Shown here: positions 1 to 17,331 of the stretch, one piece after another
How positions within the stretch are numbered: position 1 is the first letter of the stretch
How the letters are laid out: each line of letters begins with the position of its first letter
NCBI GenBank assembly: GCA_964016885.1
Contig: OZ024743.1
Coordinates: 340,628,001 to 340,692,000, forward strand
DNA from: Eledone cirrhosa
Lineage: Eukaryota
DNA: 64,000 bases
Direction of reading: 5' to 3'
Program-made: the position numbers and the translations under genes
The notes under the pieces: model-generated
Told to the model about the DNA's origin: nothing
Seen by the model: the letters and a program-made list of their open reading frames with translations, nothing else
The model's database searches: none

Positions 1-229
1 ATAGTTGCTAAGAGGGAATAAGTTGAAGGCTCTCACTCTCTCCCTCAAACCCATGCACACACGCACACGCTCACACACACACACACGCACGCACACACAC
101 ACACACACACATATATATACACATATACACATATATACATATATACATATATTCATGTCTACATTCACATATACACACATAATGTGCGTTTACTATATAC
201 ATATATATATGTGTGTATGTATATATATA

Positions 230-448
230 GGAATCGATCGACTTTCGTCAAACCGGACCGAGGAAACAATGTTTCCATTGGTCTTTCCAATTGCTAATAC
301 TGTCTATCGGTCGCAACTCCAGGTAGACGGAGCAACGTGAAATAGAGTGTCTTGCTCAAGGACATAACGCATCGCCCGGTTCGGGAATCGAACTCACAAC
401 CTCACGATTGTGAATCCAATTCTATAACCACTCAGCCACGCGCCTCCA
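230..448 (-). mobile_element. tRNA-derived SINE with CORE-like domain
   Basis: Minus strand reads GGAGGCGCGTGGCTGAGTGGTT (A box) ... GAGTTCGATTCCC (B box) ... TGTCCTTGAGCAAGACACT (CORE-like). Related copies at 46245-46420 and 47497-47815. Confidence 0.75.
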
Positions 449-1857
449 CATATATATACCTGGGGTTCTGTAACGGGGCACTGGAGAAAGGAGTTGCCCC
501 GAATCAGTGGAGGATCAGTAACATCGTCCCAGTGCCAAAGAAGGGAGATCTCTCTAACACCAACAACTACCGGGGGATCTCACTGACGTCACTTGTGGCA
601 AAGACCCTCAACAGGATGATTCTTAACAGGATCCAGCCTGAGATGGAGAAGAAGCTCAGGGACAACCAGAACGGCTTCAGAGAGGGTAGATCAACCACCA
701 GTCACATCCTGATGCTGAGGAGGATATTAGAGGGAGCTAGAGCAAAGTGCCTTCCTGCGGTCATGGTTTTCATTGACTTTAGGAAGGCCTTTGATTCTGT
801 GGACCGTTACTGCCTGATGAAGATCTTACAGGCTTATGGAATCCCCAAGAGGATAGTGGACCTGATATCACTGCTCTACACCAACACCAAAGCCCAAGTC
901 ATTACACCTGATGGGATGACAGAGTTCTTTGAGATACTGGCTGGAGTGCTCCAGGGAGATACATTGGCTCCCTACCTTTTTATCATCGTAGTGGACTATT
1001 GTATGCGCCTTGCACTGGAGAAACACCAGGACTCTGGCTTTACTGTAGCACCGGCTCAGAGCAGGAGAGTTGGGGCGAAAAAGGTATCGGATGCTGAATT
1101 TGCCGACGACATAGTTTTGGTGACAAATACAGTGAAGGAGGCAGAGGATTTGATGCGGGAGGTTGAGTCTGTGTCGATGAGTGTGGGGCTGAGAATGAAT
1201 GAGACTAAAACAAAATATCTGGTAGAGAATGTTGAGAAGCCAGAGGGGATCACTAATGTAGGCGGGAAGCCGCTGGAATTGGTTGAGGACTTCCTGTATT
1301 TGGGAGCAAAGATTGGGAATACGGAAGATGATGTGGTTGAGAGGAAGAGCAAGGCCTGGGCGGCGTGTCACAGCTTGAGATCGGTGTGGAAGTCGGACCT
1401 TCGTAGAGACCTGAAAATCCGCCTCTTCATTGCTGTAGTGGAGTCTGTGCTGCTGTATGGGTCTGAGACTTGGACACTGACCAAGAGACTCACTCAGATG
1501 GTGGATGGGTGCTACACGAGAATGCTGAGGAGGGCTCTGAACATTAATCAGTATACACTGAGGATGAAAAACTCAGAGCTGTATGGGAGCATCCCAAAAG
1601 TCAGCTCAAAAGTGACACAGAGGAGACTGAGGTTGGCTGGACATGCTCACCGACATCCAGAGTTGACATTGCACTCAGTGCTCCTTTGGGAGCCCCTACA
1701 TGGACACACTAGAAGAGGAAGACCAAGGTTAACATATGTTGATGCCCTAAGGACAGACACTGGTCTGTTGGAGATGCAGGATATGGCAGCGATAATGAGG
1801 GACAGAGACCGCTGGAGAGAACTCGTCCATGGATCTCGGGAATTTTACCCGCCTTAG
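352..1857 (+). CDS. Reverse transcriptase of a 5'-truncated RTE-clade non-LTR retrotransposon; homology starts at about 460, the upstream codons are SINE read-through
   Basis: Motifs [84 protein letters not shown]. No endonuclease domain is present. Confidence 0.9.
   Translation: MLKDITHRPVRESNSQPHDCESNSITTQPRASTYIYLGFCNGALEKGVAPNQWRISNIVPVPKKGDLSNTNNYRGISLTSLVAKTLNRMILNRIQPEMEKKLRDNQNGFREGRSTTSHILMLRRILEGARAKCLPAVMVFIDFRKAFDSVDRYCLMKILQAYGIPKRIVDLISLLYTNTKAQVITPDGMTEFFEILAGVLQGDTLAPYLFIIVVDYCMRLALEKHQDSGFTVAPAQSRRVGAKKVSDAEFADDIVLVTNTVKEAEDLMREVESVSMSVGLRMNETKTKYLVENVEKPEGITNVGGKPLELVEDFLYLGAKIGNTEDDVVERKSKAWAACHSLRSVWKSDLRRDLKIRLFIAVVESVLLYGSETWTLTKRLTQMVDGCYTRMLRRALNINQYTLRMKNSELYGSIPKVSSKVTQRRLRLAGHAHRHPELTLHSVLLWEPLHGHTRRGRPRLTYVDALRTDTGLLEMQDMAAIMRDRDRWRELVHGSREFYPP

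Positions 1858-1860
<3 letters not shown>
460..1860 (+). mobile_element. RTE LINE insertion flanked by (TA)n
   Basis: TATATATAC at the 5' junction; the stop codon abuts the (TA)n tract directly. Confidence 0.85.
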
Positions 1861-1916
<56 letters not shown>

Positions 1917-1957
1917 CTGATGTTATTCTGAGAATATATATATATATAGTAAAAAAG

Positions 1958-2024
<67 letters not shown>

Positions 2025-2417
2025 TAAAAAAAAACAAAAAAACAGTAGATAATGCTGAAGGTATTTTCTCTCAGAATAACATCAGAACATTTATTTACAA
2101 AATAGGAATTTCCGAATTTAATTGTACCGGTTTTCAGTTTTATATGCTTTTTCATCGACAGAAAGTATAATGCCGTTATGTTACATATCAATAAGAATAA
2201 TAAGAATACATACATATTTAGGGAGAAAAGTTCACATTTTTATCCGTAGTTTTCTTTCTTTCTCTCTTAGTGTTGACCTTAGCCTTACCAACAGTGGTGA
2301 TAGCAACTGCTAATATTGAAGAAATCAATGTATTTGAATCTTACATAATTATATTCATTACTTTGTGCCTCTCGAAGGATATCATCAGGAAAGAGCTTTC
2401 CTTATCATTTCTAGTCA

Positions 2418-2517
2418 CGTAGAAGCCATTTCTATATTAAATTTGTTGTATATACACTCTACTAAAGTATTGAGTACCCTACTTACTCTGGTTACCCCCG
2501 ATTGAACCCGGGACTCA
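2418..2517 (+). repeat. Dispersed repeat end; further copies at 8365-8440 (rearranged) and 22950-23040
   Basis: Shared GTAGAAGC..TTCTATATTAAA..ACTCT..TATTGAGTACC.TACTTACT.TGGTTACC..CGATT.AACCC. Confidence 0.7.
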
Positions 2518-4616
2518 CACTCACACACACATATACATATATATATATATGAATGTATGTATAGTATGTGTGAGTTATATAAAGCGGAGGTCTCTACTTG
2601 GCAATGAGAGTAGTGGTTCAAGAGCATTGTGTGAGTTATATAAAGCGGATGTCTCTACTGGGCAATGAGAGCAGTGGTTCAAGTGAAAGGACGGGGAGTA
2701 GTGGTGATATGCGAGAGTGAAGTTGGTGTTAGGGTGTAAGATTGAGCGTTATAAGGATGTAGTGAAGTGAGTGGAGTAAGGTGAAAAGTGTGAGATATAG
2801 GCCGGAAAATTGAGTGGCATTCGCTCTTTTGAGTTGGTAAAAAAGATATAGAGCAGTCGGTCCAGGAGTAATAAAAAGGGGAGGATTGACTGGGTGGTGG
2901 GTGAGATGTAAACAACTGAAAATTAAAGGAATTTTGGGGGAAGGTATTGGTCGAGAGGGCAGTAGCTATCACGCATAGAGTGACATGAAGTGTGAGTGAG
3001 AATAGGTCCTATAGCGAGAAACTGTGTTTGTGAGATGATGGTAAGGAAAGAGATGTTGGAGTTACTGGGTTTTTGAAGGGAATCGAGGCGAGGATTTAAA
3101 ATGTTTGGAGTCGGGTGGTAAAACAATTAGTAAGACATTGAGAGAGAGATGTAGAATGTAGAGGAAAGAACGTCAGTCCATCGTGGTAATGAGCTGTAGA
3201 GGTAGGGTAATGGAAATGAGGATGCAAGCGGTTGAGTGGGGGTGTAAAGATTATGAAGAGGAGTGTAGTGGAAAGAGAGTTGATTCCAATAAAAAAAAAA
3301 CATTTTTATTTGATTTCAGCATTTGTTCCGATTGAACAAAAGGAACATACCGACATCAACACTGTTTGTATATCCGATACAATCTGCAATCCAGTGTCTA
3401 ATTGAAGAATGTCGATAATCCATCGCCTGTGGTTAATCCATCTATGGCACAATATTTGATGCAATTTAATTAGGTGGACTCACACAGTGACCTGACAATG
3501 GAAATATTCGTTTAGCTATCTTTCGAGTTAATTCTAAATTGGTTGTGTGGCATATCAAGTGATATTTAGAACATGTAGCTGATTTCCAAGCTTCCGAAAT
3601 AGACGAAAAAAAATAAACTAGTAATTGATTTCCAATGATTCTGTCAACTCAGCTTTATCTGTATAAAAAAATGTAAATAATTTACCGCAAGATATTTTCC
3701 ATATGTAATATTCATGATAATTAATGACATCACGAAGTATTCATTAACTTTCGATACGTTTCAGGCAGTTAATAAATATCAATTAATATAATGACGTGAC
3801 AGTATAGCAGTGACATATTTGAAAAACAGCAAATTTGTTGCTCAATCATTACTCAATAATTAATTAACGTGAAGTAGAGTATAGATTATTTATTATGTAA
3901 ATTAAATTTAGAAGATTTAAAAAAATAGATGGATAGTACTCTATGTCAATATGTATAAACTCGCAGTTACGTAGGTTTATCGTTTATACAGTGTTTTGCT
4001 TCACTGTACATTTTATGATAGGTCTTAGTAACGTAATCTAATACTACGCATGTCCTACATTATGAGTTTCGTTTTCTATTTTTCTTCATAACTTAGTCAT
4101 TGGACTACGGCCACTCTGTGGCTTCGTATACACATACACAACATCAACATATACACACAAACGCCCATGCATACACACATACATATATAAAAACACACCT
4201 ACAAGATGTATATACATACACACACAACACACACATACACAGACACAGACATACACACACACACACACACACACTCACACATATATATATATTGGATCGT
4301 CAAGAATGAAATTTGTAGAAATTTCTGGAAAAAACACCAAATTTCTACAAATTGCATACTTGACGCCCCAATAAATCGAACCATCATCTTATGTAGTTAA
4401 TTGCTTCCTCAAATAAACACCCTTAAATGAAAGTATCTACTTAGTTTGAATGTTATGGAAGAAACAAAACGGATTTCTGAAGGCTGAGAAAACACGGAAA
4501 AAGAATGATAGTGGTAGGGTTCTAGTTTTCTCCCTAGCAGTAGGTGATACTATTTCATGTGGAACATGAAGTTGAGAGTTGAGAGTTTTGCAGTATTGAA
4601 TGAAAACAAAACAAAA

Positions 4617-4664
4617 ACAAACAATTTCTGACCGTGTATGTTGGAAAAACACACTATCTTAGGT

Positions 4665-4700
<36 letters not shown>

Positions 4701-4745
4701 ACCTAAGATAGTGTGTTTTTCCAACATACACGGTCAGAAATTGTT

Positions 4746-4748
<3 letters not shown>
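4617..4748. repeat. Perfect 52-bp inverted repeat centred on (TA)n
   Basis: 4617-4668 is the reverse complement of 4697-4748. Confidence 0.9.
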
Positions 4749-4817
<69 letters not shown>

Positions 4818-4821
4818 TTAT

Positions 4822-5570
4822 ATATAGAGTTATAAACTCAAAATAGTCTTTTACAATTAAATACCTCAAAGAAAGGAATATTTCTGAGCCGTGTAATACA
4901 AATCAATATATGATAGGCTAAACACTGATACAAGTATACATGTGTTCGCATTGCAAATGACCAAGTTAGCTAGATTGAAAAATACTAATTAAAATAATAC
5001 GGTTTGCCTGTCTCGATCTAAATTAATAAATCAATAAAAACAGACCTATATTGGCAATAGCCGTGATACCTGGACAAATTTTAAATTTTAAATTTTAAAT
5101 TTGTTTCGCAACAATTAAGTGAAAGTTCCCATTCCTGTGCTCTTCTGCAGGTATCCAGAAATTGGTAAGTTTCACTTCAAAATACTTAAGAAGACTGAGA
5201 GAAATGTAATGTTGAAAGCACATGTGTCACAGCGCCTAGCACGTCCCATACTTGTGCCGCTAAAAATAGCAGCCGGTTTCATGGGCCTAAAAATTAGCTC
5301 AACGCATGGAGCCGAGAATATTATATATATAGAGTTATAAACTCAAATAGTCTTTTACAATTAAATAGCTCAAAGAAAGGAATATTTCTGAGCCGTGTAA
5401 AATTTATCACGGCTATTGCCAATATAGGTTTGTTTTTATTGATTTATTATTTTAGATCGAGACAGGCAAACCGTATTATTTTAATTAGTATTTTTCAATC
5501 TAGCTAACTTGGTCATTTGCAATGCGAACACATGTATACTTGTATCAGTGTTTATCCCTATCATATATTC
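4822..5570. repeat. Element with a ~75-bp direct repeat (4822-4896, 5326-5400) and a ~160-bp inverted repeat (about 4905-5068, 5406-5570)
   Basis: Direct comparison of the copies; flanked by TA tracts. Confidence 0.75.
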
Positions 5571-6099
5571 ATTTGTATATGCATATATATATATGATACC
5601 TGCAAACTCTGCTAAGAGTATTGCAATCGCTTGTCAGGTTACAGAAACTGGTGCACTTTTAGGCTACGGCCAGCCAGACGAACCTGTAACATAACCTGAA
5701 AAAGCAATGCCTTGCACTCGACCAATACCACTCTCTGAGCATCGAAAACACTACCCAAAAAGCAGAACTGCTCAACATCATCGGGTGCTTCCGAGCCGCA
5801 GATTTATTTTTTTTTTTTATTAGAGTTTCCCTCTCTTAGAAAGATGTTGTGCCAACAACTGTGGGCCTTTCATTCCCAGGTGAAAACAAAAAGAAAAAAG
5901 TACTATTTCGATGGCCGTGGACTCTGCTGAGTACTTCTGTCCTTTGTCGGGTCTTGTATTTCCTCCAGCAGGGTGTCAAAATATCACCCCCCACACAAAG
6001 CAAGCTTGGTGGGGTTGCTGGTTTATTCGCCGATGACCCGACCATAAGACAGGTTGTACTGGGTTACATATTACCAGTAGCACCCGAGAGCGACCTGAC

Positions 6100-6729
<630 letters not shown>

Positions 6730-6762
6730 TATATATACATATATAAATACACACGCACCACC

Positions 6763-6863
<101 letters not shown>

Positions 6864-7256
6864 CGCGCGCACACACACACACACACACGCACACACACAC
6901 ACACACACACACATACACACACACGCATACATATATATGTATATATGTAAAATCCAATAATATGAGCCAGTAAGTTATAAAAAGAAATAGAAAATCAAAC
7001 TGATAAAACAAGACATGCATTATATAAATTACAGATAATACATTAGCATGGCACAGTTTCTTCCGATAATTAATTATTGTATAATCATTGAGTAATAGAA
7101 TCAGTGATTTTCAAAGTGACATTGTCACAGTGATACACCATTGAGGTAATTGATATTTATCAAATGCTTGAAACACATTGTGATGCTAATGGACATTTCG
7201 TGCTATTAATTATCTTAAATATTACATCTAGAAGATATTTTCTTGTAGCATAATTT

Positions 7257-7332
<76 letters not shown>

Positions 7333-7441
7333 CCGCCATATATATGTATATATATATATACACACACACATATATATAGTATATATAGTCTTCAAATTTA
7401 TTATTATTACTATATATATATATATACACACACATATATAT

Positions 7442-8320
<879 letters not shown>

Positions 8321-8443
8321 TATATTTATATATATATATATACACATACGTATATATACATGTGTATCCCGGGTTCAATCGTGGGTAACCACATTAAGTA
8401 AGGTGCTCAATTCATAGTAGAAGCAATTTCTATATTAAATATA

Positions 8444-9471
<1,028 letters not shown>

Positions 9472-9481
9472 ATATATATAT

Positions 9482-10175
9482 AGTTGTAGAACACTGGAAG
9501 GTAATATCCGTAGTGGTAGAGCACTCAGTCCATGGGACGAGTTAGGTAGAAGTGGTTGCACAATAGTTAGTTCACCATACCGAGAACAATTGTTTCACCT
9601 TAGTGGATCCTGAGCTCGTAATGGACATGGTACGAAGGACAACCGTACGAAGGACAACCGTACGAACGCGCATGCGCAGAAACGATCACTTCACAGAGGC
9701 AATAGTAAATTGCGTGCGAGAGGTGTAAGGGAGATAACTGTGAAAGTCCGAAAGTTTCTAGTTGATAAGAAAATTAGGATCTTGTAATTCAGTCCGGAGC
9801 TTTGTAGTTATGTAAGAGTTGTTTCCAGACGTGTGGACAACGTGTGAAGAATTGACTTTTTAAGTTTAGGCATCACTATTGCGTAATCTCTTTAGAATAT
9901 TTATTCGTTCATCAATACATAGTCCACACGCCGGATTGCCCCTTGCGTATGGCTTGGACTTAGTGATGACTTTCCTTTGAATGGAGTAGTCTATACTTAA
10001 GTCCTTGAGGGACCATACGTGGCTCGTGAGTTTCGTGGATGAGCGTCTGTCCGGATACCTAAAGGGCGACTGGTGGTTCAGGAAGCGTTCCTTAAATCGG
10101 CCCTCCGCCATACCCACATAGGATTTGACCTCCTGTGGTTGATTTGGTCGGTTGGAAGTGACCACAGCTTCATAA

Positions 10176-10178
<3 letters not shown>
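9482..10178 (-). mobile_element. PLE 3' fragment: GIY-YIG endonuclease remnant (9866-10178), 3' UTR and degenerate HHR (9581-9618)
   Basis: IYEAVV..YVGMAEGRFKERFLNH..SHVWSLKD..CGLCIDERINIL; cgag-CTCAGGA-..-GAAA-caattg-TT-ctcg. Confidence 0.8.
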
Positions 10179-10226
<48 letters not shown>

Positions 10227-10589
10227 CAAGGTTCTTATACTACCAAATGGATGTTTTTTTCTATATACAAAGAATCCCTCCGATGATGAGGAATTTCTTC
10301 CAATATTTGTTTTATTTTATTGTAATAACTCATATTGTTTCTTTATTCCAGAAACTGTGATCAAGGAGGAAATACGGGCGAAACTTTCTAATATTAGATT
10401 ATCTAGCTTGTATTATTCCAATAGATGTTGGGGTCGATTTCATCGACTTTCCTCTCCGCTAAAATTGCTAGCCTTGTGCCTAAATCAGAAACCATTGTTA
10501 TTATCCAAGGGCGGGGAATTGGCAATATCGGTAGAGCACCGGAAACCATGCTTTGTGACAGAGTTACGTCCCTTTATTCTTATTATGTG

Positions 10590-10980
10590 ATGGCTGAGGG
10601 GGGCAGATTAACGAAATCGTTAGTGCGTCGGATGTAATGCATTGCAGTATTTCGTTATGGACCCTCTGAATTCAAATCCCGCTGAGGTTAGTTTTGCTTT
10701 CATCCTTCTTAGGTTCATAAAATAAAGTATCAGTTATGTACTGGGTCGATATAATCGATTTTCACCTTTCCAAAATTGTTGACCATATGCTTAAATTAGA
10801 AACCATTATTATTATTACTATGCAAGTGTAGCGGGTTGGTAGAATCATTAATGCGTCAAACAAATACTTTGTAGTATTTGTTCCGGCTCCTCAGGTTCTG
10901 AGTTGAAATCCCGTTGAGGTCAGCTTCGCCTTTCATTCTTTTAGAGGTCGATAAAATTAAATACTAGTTCAAAGTGCTGG
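10590..10980 (+). mobile_element. Two diverged tRNA-derived SINEs with a Meta-domain-like core
   Basis: TTCAAATCCCG..GAGGT..GCCTTTCATCCT..GGTCGATAAAATAAAGTACCAG-like core. Further copies at about 11655-11825, 41422-41572(-), 45890-46035, 48870-49005 and 63345-63470. Confidence 0.7.
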
Positions 10981-12389
10981 ATTGTTAATACTACATATTG
11001 AGCTAAAATTTGCCAACATATTTGTGGGCGAAAATATTGACAAAATAATTGATATTCTTGCAGCTAAGAAATACGGAAAACAATATTTCTTTTAAGATGT
11101 ATATTGTGTTATATGTGCTGTATATCGTCGAATCATAAAATACATTTTTATAAGGAATTGGTATTTGTGTTTTTATCTGTGTAAAATTTAGAGCAACTCA
11201 ACATCTGTGCTCTTCTTAATCAAAGAGTCCCATACACTCGTGCATACATGTATATATATGCATACACATACATACATATGTGTGTGTGTGAATATGTGTG
11301 CGTATACATGAGAAAGAAATACAAAACAGATGCACGCACAAATGCACACACAGATGTACACTTAGGTGTACACTCAGATGCAAACACACATGCACAAACA
11401 GTTGCACACGCATTTAGTGCAAACACTCCTTTATATAATAGAATTGTTGAGTATCTGGGCTACTGAAAGAAATATAACAATAAAAAAAATTCAAACAAAA
11501 ACAATAAACAACTAAAAAACAAAACAAGCTTGATAATGTATGCAGCGCAGTGTTTAGCCTGAGATTCCATATCTGCATGCAGATGAAGCTTGTATGTAGA
11601 GAGTAAGGGAGGAATGAAGGGGTAAACCTGTGACACACTGTGGTTGGTACGGAATGGATTAGAGAGGCCTCCATTAAACGACAAATTGATAGAGTTGTCA
11701 GAATGTAAAATAAAATATCTTGTGGTATTTGTCCCAGATTTCTTCGCTCCGAGTTCAAATCTCAAATAGGCCGATTTTTCCTTTCATCCTATTAAGGGCG
11801 AAACAATAAAGTATCAGTCTTCGACGGAAAACAAATACAAAAGCGAAGTATATATCGTTTCTATACATTTGAGAGACGTGTATATACAAGCAAGCAATGA
11901 GTCAATCTGTTATAATTAATTTTCTACGTTAGGCACAAGGCCAGAAATTACCCAGTGCATTACTGGTACTTTATTTTATCGACCTTTATTTAATCTGTTA
12001 TAATTAATAATTATTCATATTATAGTATATAAACTCACAGGAAAATTTTCAGGTGTATTATAAAAAGACTTATTTTAACACAACACGAAGCAAAATTATT
12101 AGCAAACTATATATATATATAGATACAATATATTAATAAATGGAAACTATATTTATAAAACCATATTTATTTTATTATACATATTTCAAGGGCAACGAAG
12201 GCAAATTATGGTGCGCTTTCATCAGATAAAATACAGATTTGTTTTATAAATAAATATTGACATACCCGGAAAAAAGACAACCTTAACGGTTGGAGCTTCT
12301 TGGATAGTGGAGATAGTACATTTATTGAGGGTAATACAAAGTTATGAGTGAGTAAGCTTGTTGAATCCCAACAAATTAAATATAACCTC

Positions 12390-12457
<68 letters not shown>

Positions 12458-12464
<7 letters not shown>

Positions 12465-13103
12465 AATGTAATCGGAGTTTTTCGAATATTAATAATAACA
12501 TTCGATTCGTTTGCAATTATGCAAACAAGCCTCAATTTTATAGCCATGTCAGTCGAATGAACCCTTTATTCTTGCTCTTGTGTTGGCATGTGAACATAAC
12601 TGCAGACACTAATGTTTCTGGGTATCACCATTCATCAGTACAGCTCACTGTTCACATGCCAAACTGTCAGAGTTAGTGAAAATATATGCTATTTTCAAAA
12701 ATACGCAGAGACTGATCGGCTTGATTTGCATATTAGCAGACTGGCTGATCAGTCAGATCAGCATATTAGCAGATCCACTGATTAGCCAGATTTGCATATC
12801 ATCAGACTAGCTAGTCAGTTTCCTGTACACGAGCGATAAATGGCCGGCTTTGTCAGATTTAAAAAAAAAGATTTTCTCTCTACATGGCTGAATACAATAA
12901 ATGTAATCTGAGTTTTTCGAATATTAAAAATAACAGTACAGAAACATTAGTGTCTGCAGTTCTGTTCACATACCAATACAAGAGCAAGAATGAAGGGTTC
13001 ATTCTACTGACATGGCTATAAAATTGAGGTTTGTTTGCATAATTGCAAACGAATCGAAATATTAATATTCGAAAAACTCAGATTAGATTTATTGTATTCA
13101 GCA
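12458..13103. mobile_element. Palindromic HHR-bearing repeat; a fragment also occurs at 48758-48855
   Basis: Arms 12460-12620 and 12940-13095. Confidence 0.75.
12600..12643 (-). ncRNA. Type I hammerhead ribozyme
   Basis: ctgta-CTGATGA-a tgg tgatac cca-GAAA-cattagtg-TC-tgcag. Confidence 0.85.
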
Positions 13104-13634
13104 ATAGTCTGCTTCTAGTGTCCAGCAATTTTTAGACAACTCAATCAGAGAAACAATTGCTAGACTGTAAATAAATTTCCTTTATATCTATATATATGTC
13201 CCTTGTGATTTGAACGCATCTGTGGTCGCCTCTCATTATTATTAGGCTCGGAAAAGTTTTTCCTTGAGCTACTTTGATTATAAGGGAGTAATTTGAGCTT
13301 TTAACTCAATATATACTTTTGATATATATATATATATACATTAATAAAAACAATGAATAAAAACAAAGAAACAGTTCCTTATATTAAAAAAATTTTAATA
13401 TAAGGAACTGTTTCTTCATTGTTTTTATTAATTTATCTTGACTCTGTTTTCCTGTGATTTTCATCGAAAACATCTTTGAATACATCTTCTCTTTTCATGA
13501 TATTTGGATTACATTGGATTCATATGGATTGGACACTACCGTATATTTTGGTAGATTTATCTACATATATATATATAATTAAAAAAATGTGAAGAATAAC
13601 ATGGTCAACAGTACAAAAAAGGGGAATTTATTTA

Positions 13635-13744
13635 CAGTCTAACAATTGTTTCTCTGATTGAGTTGTCTAAAAATTGCTGAACACTAGAAGCAGTGCCACT
13701 CAATTTTAAATACGATACTGGCTCAATCATGTCATCAGAAACTG
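13635..13744 (-). ncRNA. Type I hammerhead ribozyme with a 79-nt stem II region
   Basis: cagttt-CTGATGA-ca tgattgag..ctcaatca ga-GAAA-caattg-TT-agactg; partial inverted copy at 13107-13180. Confidence 0.75.
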
Positions 13745-14037
13745 TTATAAAAAATATATAACTGGCAAATCTACAAATTCAAATTACAGCATCAATAATA
13801 ATATTAGTAATATTACTAATATTATTCTTCACATTTTTTCAATTTATTACTCCAAGATAAATTTACATAGGAATACAAGTTAAATCATAAACTCGCCATC
13901 TACGTACGTAAACCTCTTGTTGAGTCAAACAAAGCCGTACGCTAAAACTATCCATAATAAGAAGTATTCACAACCTCTGACTGGATTACCTATAACGATA
14001 TTTTGTTATCCCTTGTATATATATATATATATATATA

Positions 14038-14905
<868 letters not shown>

Positions 14906-14957
14906 TCATATATATATATATATTTATACACATATACATATATATATATATATATAT

Positions 14958-16550
14958 AACTCCGCAAAATGTAACTGTAGAATTAAATTAAACTGTCCTT
15001 TACAAAATAAGTATTTAGATAAGGATGTGGTCTATAAATGTACAGTCAAAACCAGTGATAATATATTTAACTATGTAGGTGCAACTTCTACAGAATTTAA
15101 AAGTCGTTGGAATGATCACAAATGCTCTTTCCAAAGATTTGATAAAAAGATCTTCAGCTTCTCTTTCAAACCTGATATGGAACTTAAAATGCAAAACTAT
15201 GGACTATTCTTTAACTTGGAAAATAATTTCTAACCACCCGCATACCGAAACACAGTTTTATCTTGATTTTGCAAATTGTGTGTTGAAGAAATCTTTTTCA
15301 TACTTAAATGACAGAACTCTATTAATGTAAAGACTAATTTATTTAGTTCTTGTAGACATCGCCTGATTTGAACATTTTGAACTATATATAAATTATAATT
15401 ACACTTATAATATCTCTACTTATTTCCATAACAATCTTCTCCACTTGGTTTTGATATATTGATATCTCTAAATCATATCTATAACATTTGCTATAATTTC
15501 ACTTCTTAAAGTTTCATAAAATATATACATATATAATTCTAATTTTTTTAAATTTCAATTTTAATTTTAATTTTAATTTTCATTTTAATTGTAATTTTAA
15601 TCTTAATAAATTTTAATTCTTTCTTTTTCATTTCTTTAATTTTTTATCTAATTTTAAAAATTACTTATCTCTTATAAATTACTTTAAAAAAAAAAATATA
15701 TTTTTTCAATATCTTTTATTTGATTTATAATCACTAACTAATTCTGGCTAAATATATCTTTCAACATTTAAACTTATTTTGACAACATAGTCTCATAATA
15801 ACGAATAAATAAACAAAACTGGAGTTTTTTCCGTATCTTCCGATTTTAAAATATATAAATATAAATATTCATATTAACTCAGTTAACTTAAGTTAATTTA
15901 ATTTAATATTTACTTAAATTAAATACAAAACCAATATCCCTCATAACTCATTAAAACAATTATTTATAACACGATATACTCATCTATTCATTTATTTATC
16001 TATTTATCTATTTATTTATTTATTTATTTATTTTCCATTTATTTTTCTATCTATTTTTCTATCTATTTATTTTTCTATAACAGAAAATATTATATTTGAA
16101 AAATTTTAAACAACTAATTAATCGTAAATACACATAATATTAGATATATACTTAGAATATATTCACCCAAATTAACGTTATATGAGTTTTATTCATCCTC
16201 TTCTTAATTTCTTCTCTCTATCTCTCTCGTAAGATTTTTTTATCTTTATCCACTTATTTTTTTTCTCCCTCTCTTTCTCCAGTGTTATTTAAATAAACGG
16301 TTGTTTTTCAATTATTTACATATTCATTTGCATATTCACACATAAGTTTGAATAATCCCTAATATATTTCCACTATCCAGTGAATTTCCAACCGATAAGG
16401 TATGATTTTCATGGGTACGTCTCTATTTATAAAACAAACTTTGTATTTTATCTGATAAAAGCGTACCAATGTTATCTTGGTTACCCTTGAAATATATATA
16501 ATAAAATAAATATGGTTTTATAAATATAGTTTCCATTTATTTAATATCAT
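14958..16550 (+). mobile_element. PLE 3' fragment: frameshifted GIY-YIG remnant (about 14990-15370), ~1-kb AT-rich 3' UTR and HHR
   Basis: [36 protein letters not shown] / [22 protein letters not shown]. Confidence 0.8.
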
Positions 16551-16559
16551 TGTATATAT

Positions 16560-16589
<30 letters not shown>

Positions 16590-16591
<2 letters not shown>

Positions 16592-17299
16592 AAAGAATAG
16601 AGGTGTAACACACGAGTTGTGATATATTGGTAAAAGGAAAAGAAAATGCTGACAAATTGTTCCCAGTGAAAAATAGTTTAATTAGGAATAAGTAAAAATT
16701 AGTAATAAGTATTGGTTAGTATTCAGTTTTAGTTTTAAGTTTTTACCGGCTGCACATTTCTAATGCTTTTCAAAAATAATTTTGAGATAGAGCGCCCGTG
16801 CTGTTTGCTCTAATCTGATTAGTTTTGGAAATTCTACCTGTTTTATGTGAAAAAAGTGGCTCCAGAGGTATTAAAATAAGTTTCGCGCCAATTCGTGTTG
16901 CAAAAATTCTTGTGGTCAAAATAATTTTGATTGGTCGGTAGAGGTCACGTGAATGTTAAAAATTGATTTTGCGCCAAATGTAGGTTTGTCGAAGAGTGTC
17001 TATTTTCGCCTGATTGAGAAGTCACTGAAAACTAAGTCGTTTAAGACAAATATGTGTGTGTGTGTGTAGTAAATAAGTTCATTGTTGTGATAATGGTCAG
17101 TAGGGATGTGTGTGTGAATTGCAGTCATGTTGAAAGGTCAACAGTTCAGGTGTTTATTAAGACAAATATGTGTGTGTATGTGTGTGTAGCAGAGTAATTC
17201 GAGGTAGAGGGATCGGTCAGTAGGAATGTGTCTGAACGTGTGTGGGGGATATTTTAACATGTTGAAAGATATATTTCAGCTCTTGTCTTATACGGAGAA

Positions 17300-17300
<1 letters not shown>
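16590..17300. repeat. Dispersed TA-flanked repeat family; copies at 21965-22500 and 51138-51308 (inverted)
   Basis: Near-identical ~530-bp sequence starting AAAGGAAAAGAAAATGCTGACAAAT; no HHR or ORF recognised. Confidence 0.85.

Positions 17301-17331
<31 letters not shown>

Noticed and set aside
352-459. N-terminal 36 codons of the 501-aa ORF
   Set aside because: This is antisense SINE and TA sequence that happens to be in frame with the truncated RT.
3290-4060. Possible host exon in non-repetitive-looking sequence
   Set aside because: No sustained frame, recognisable domain or convincing splice pattern.
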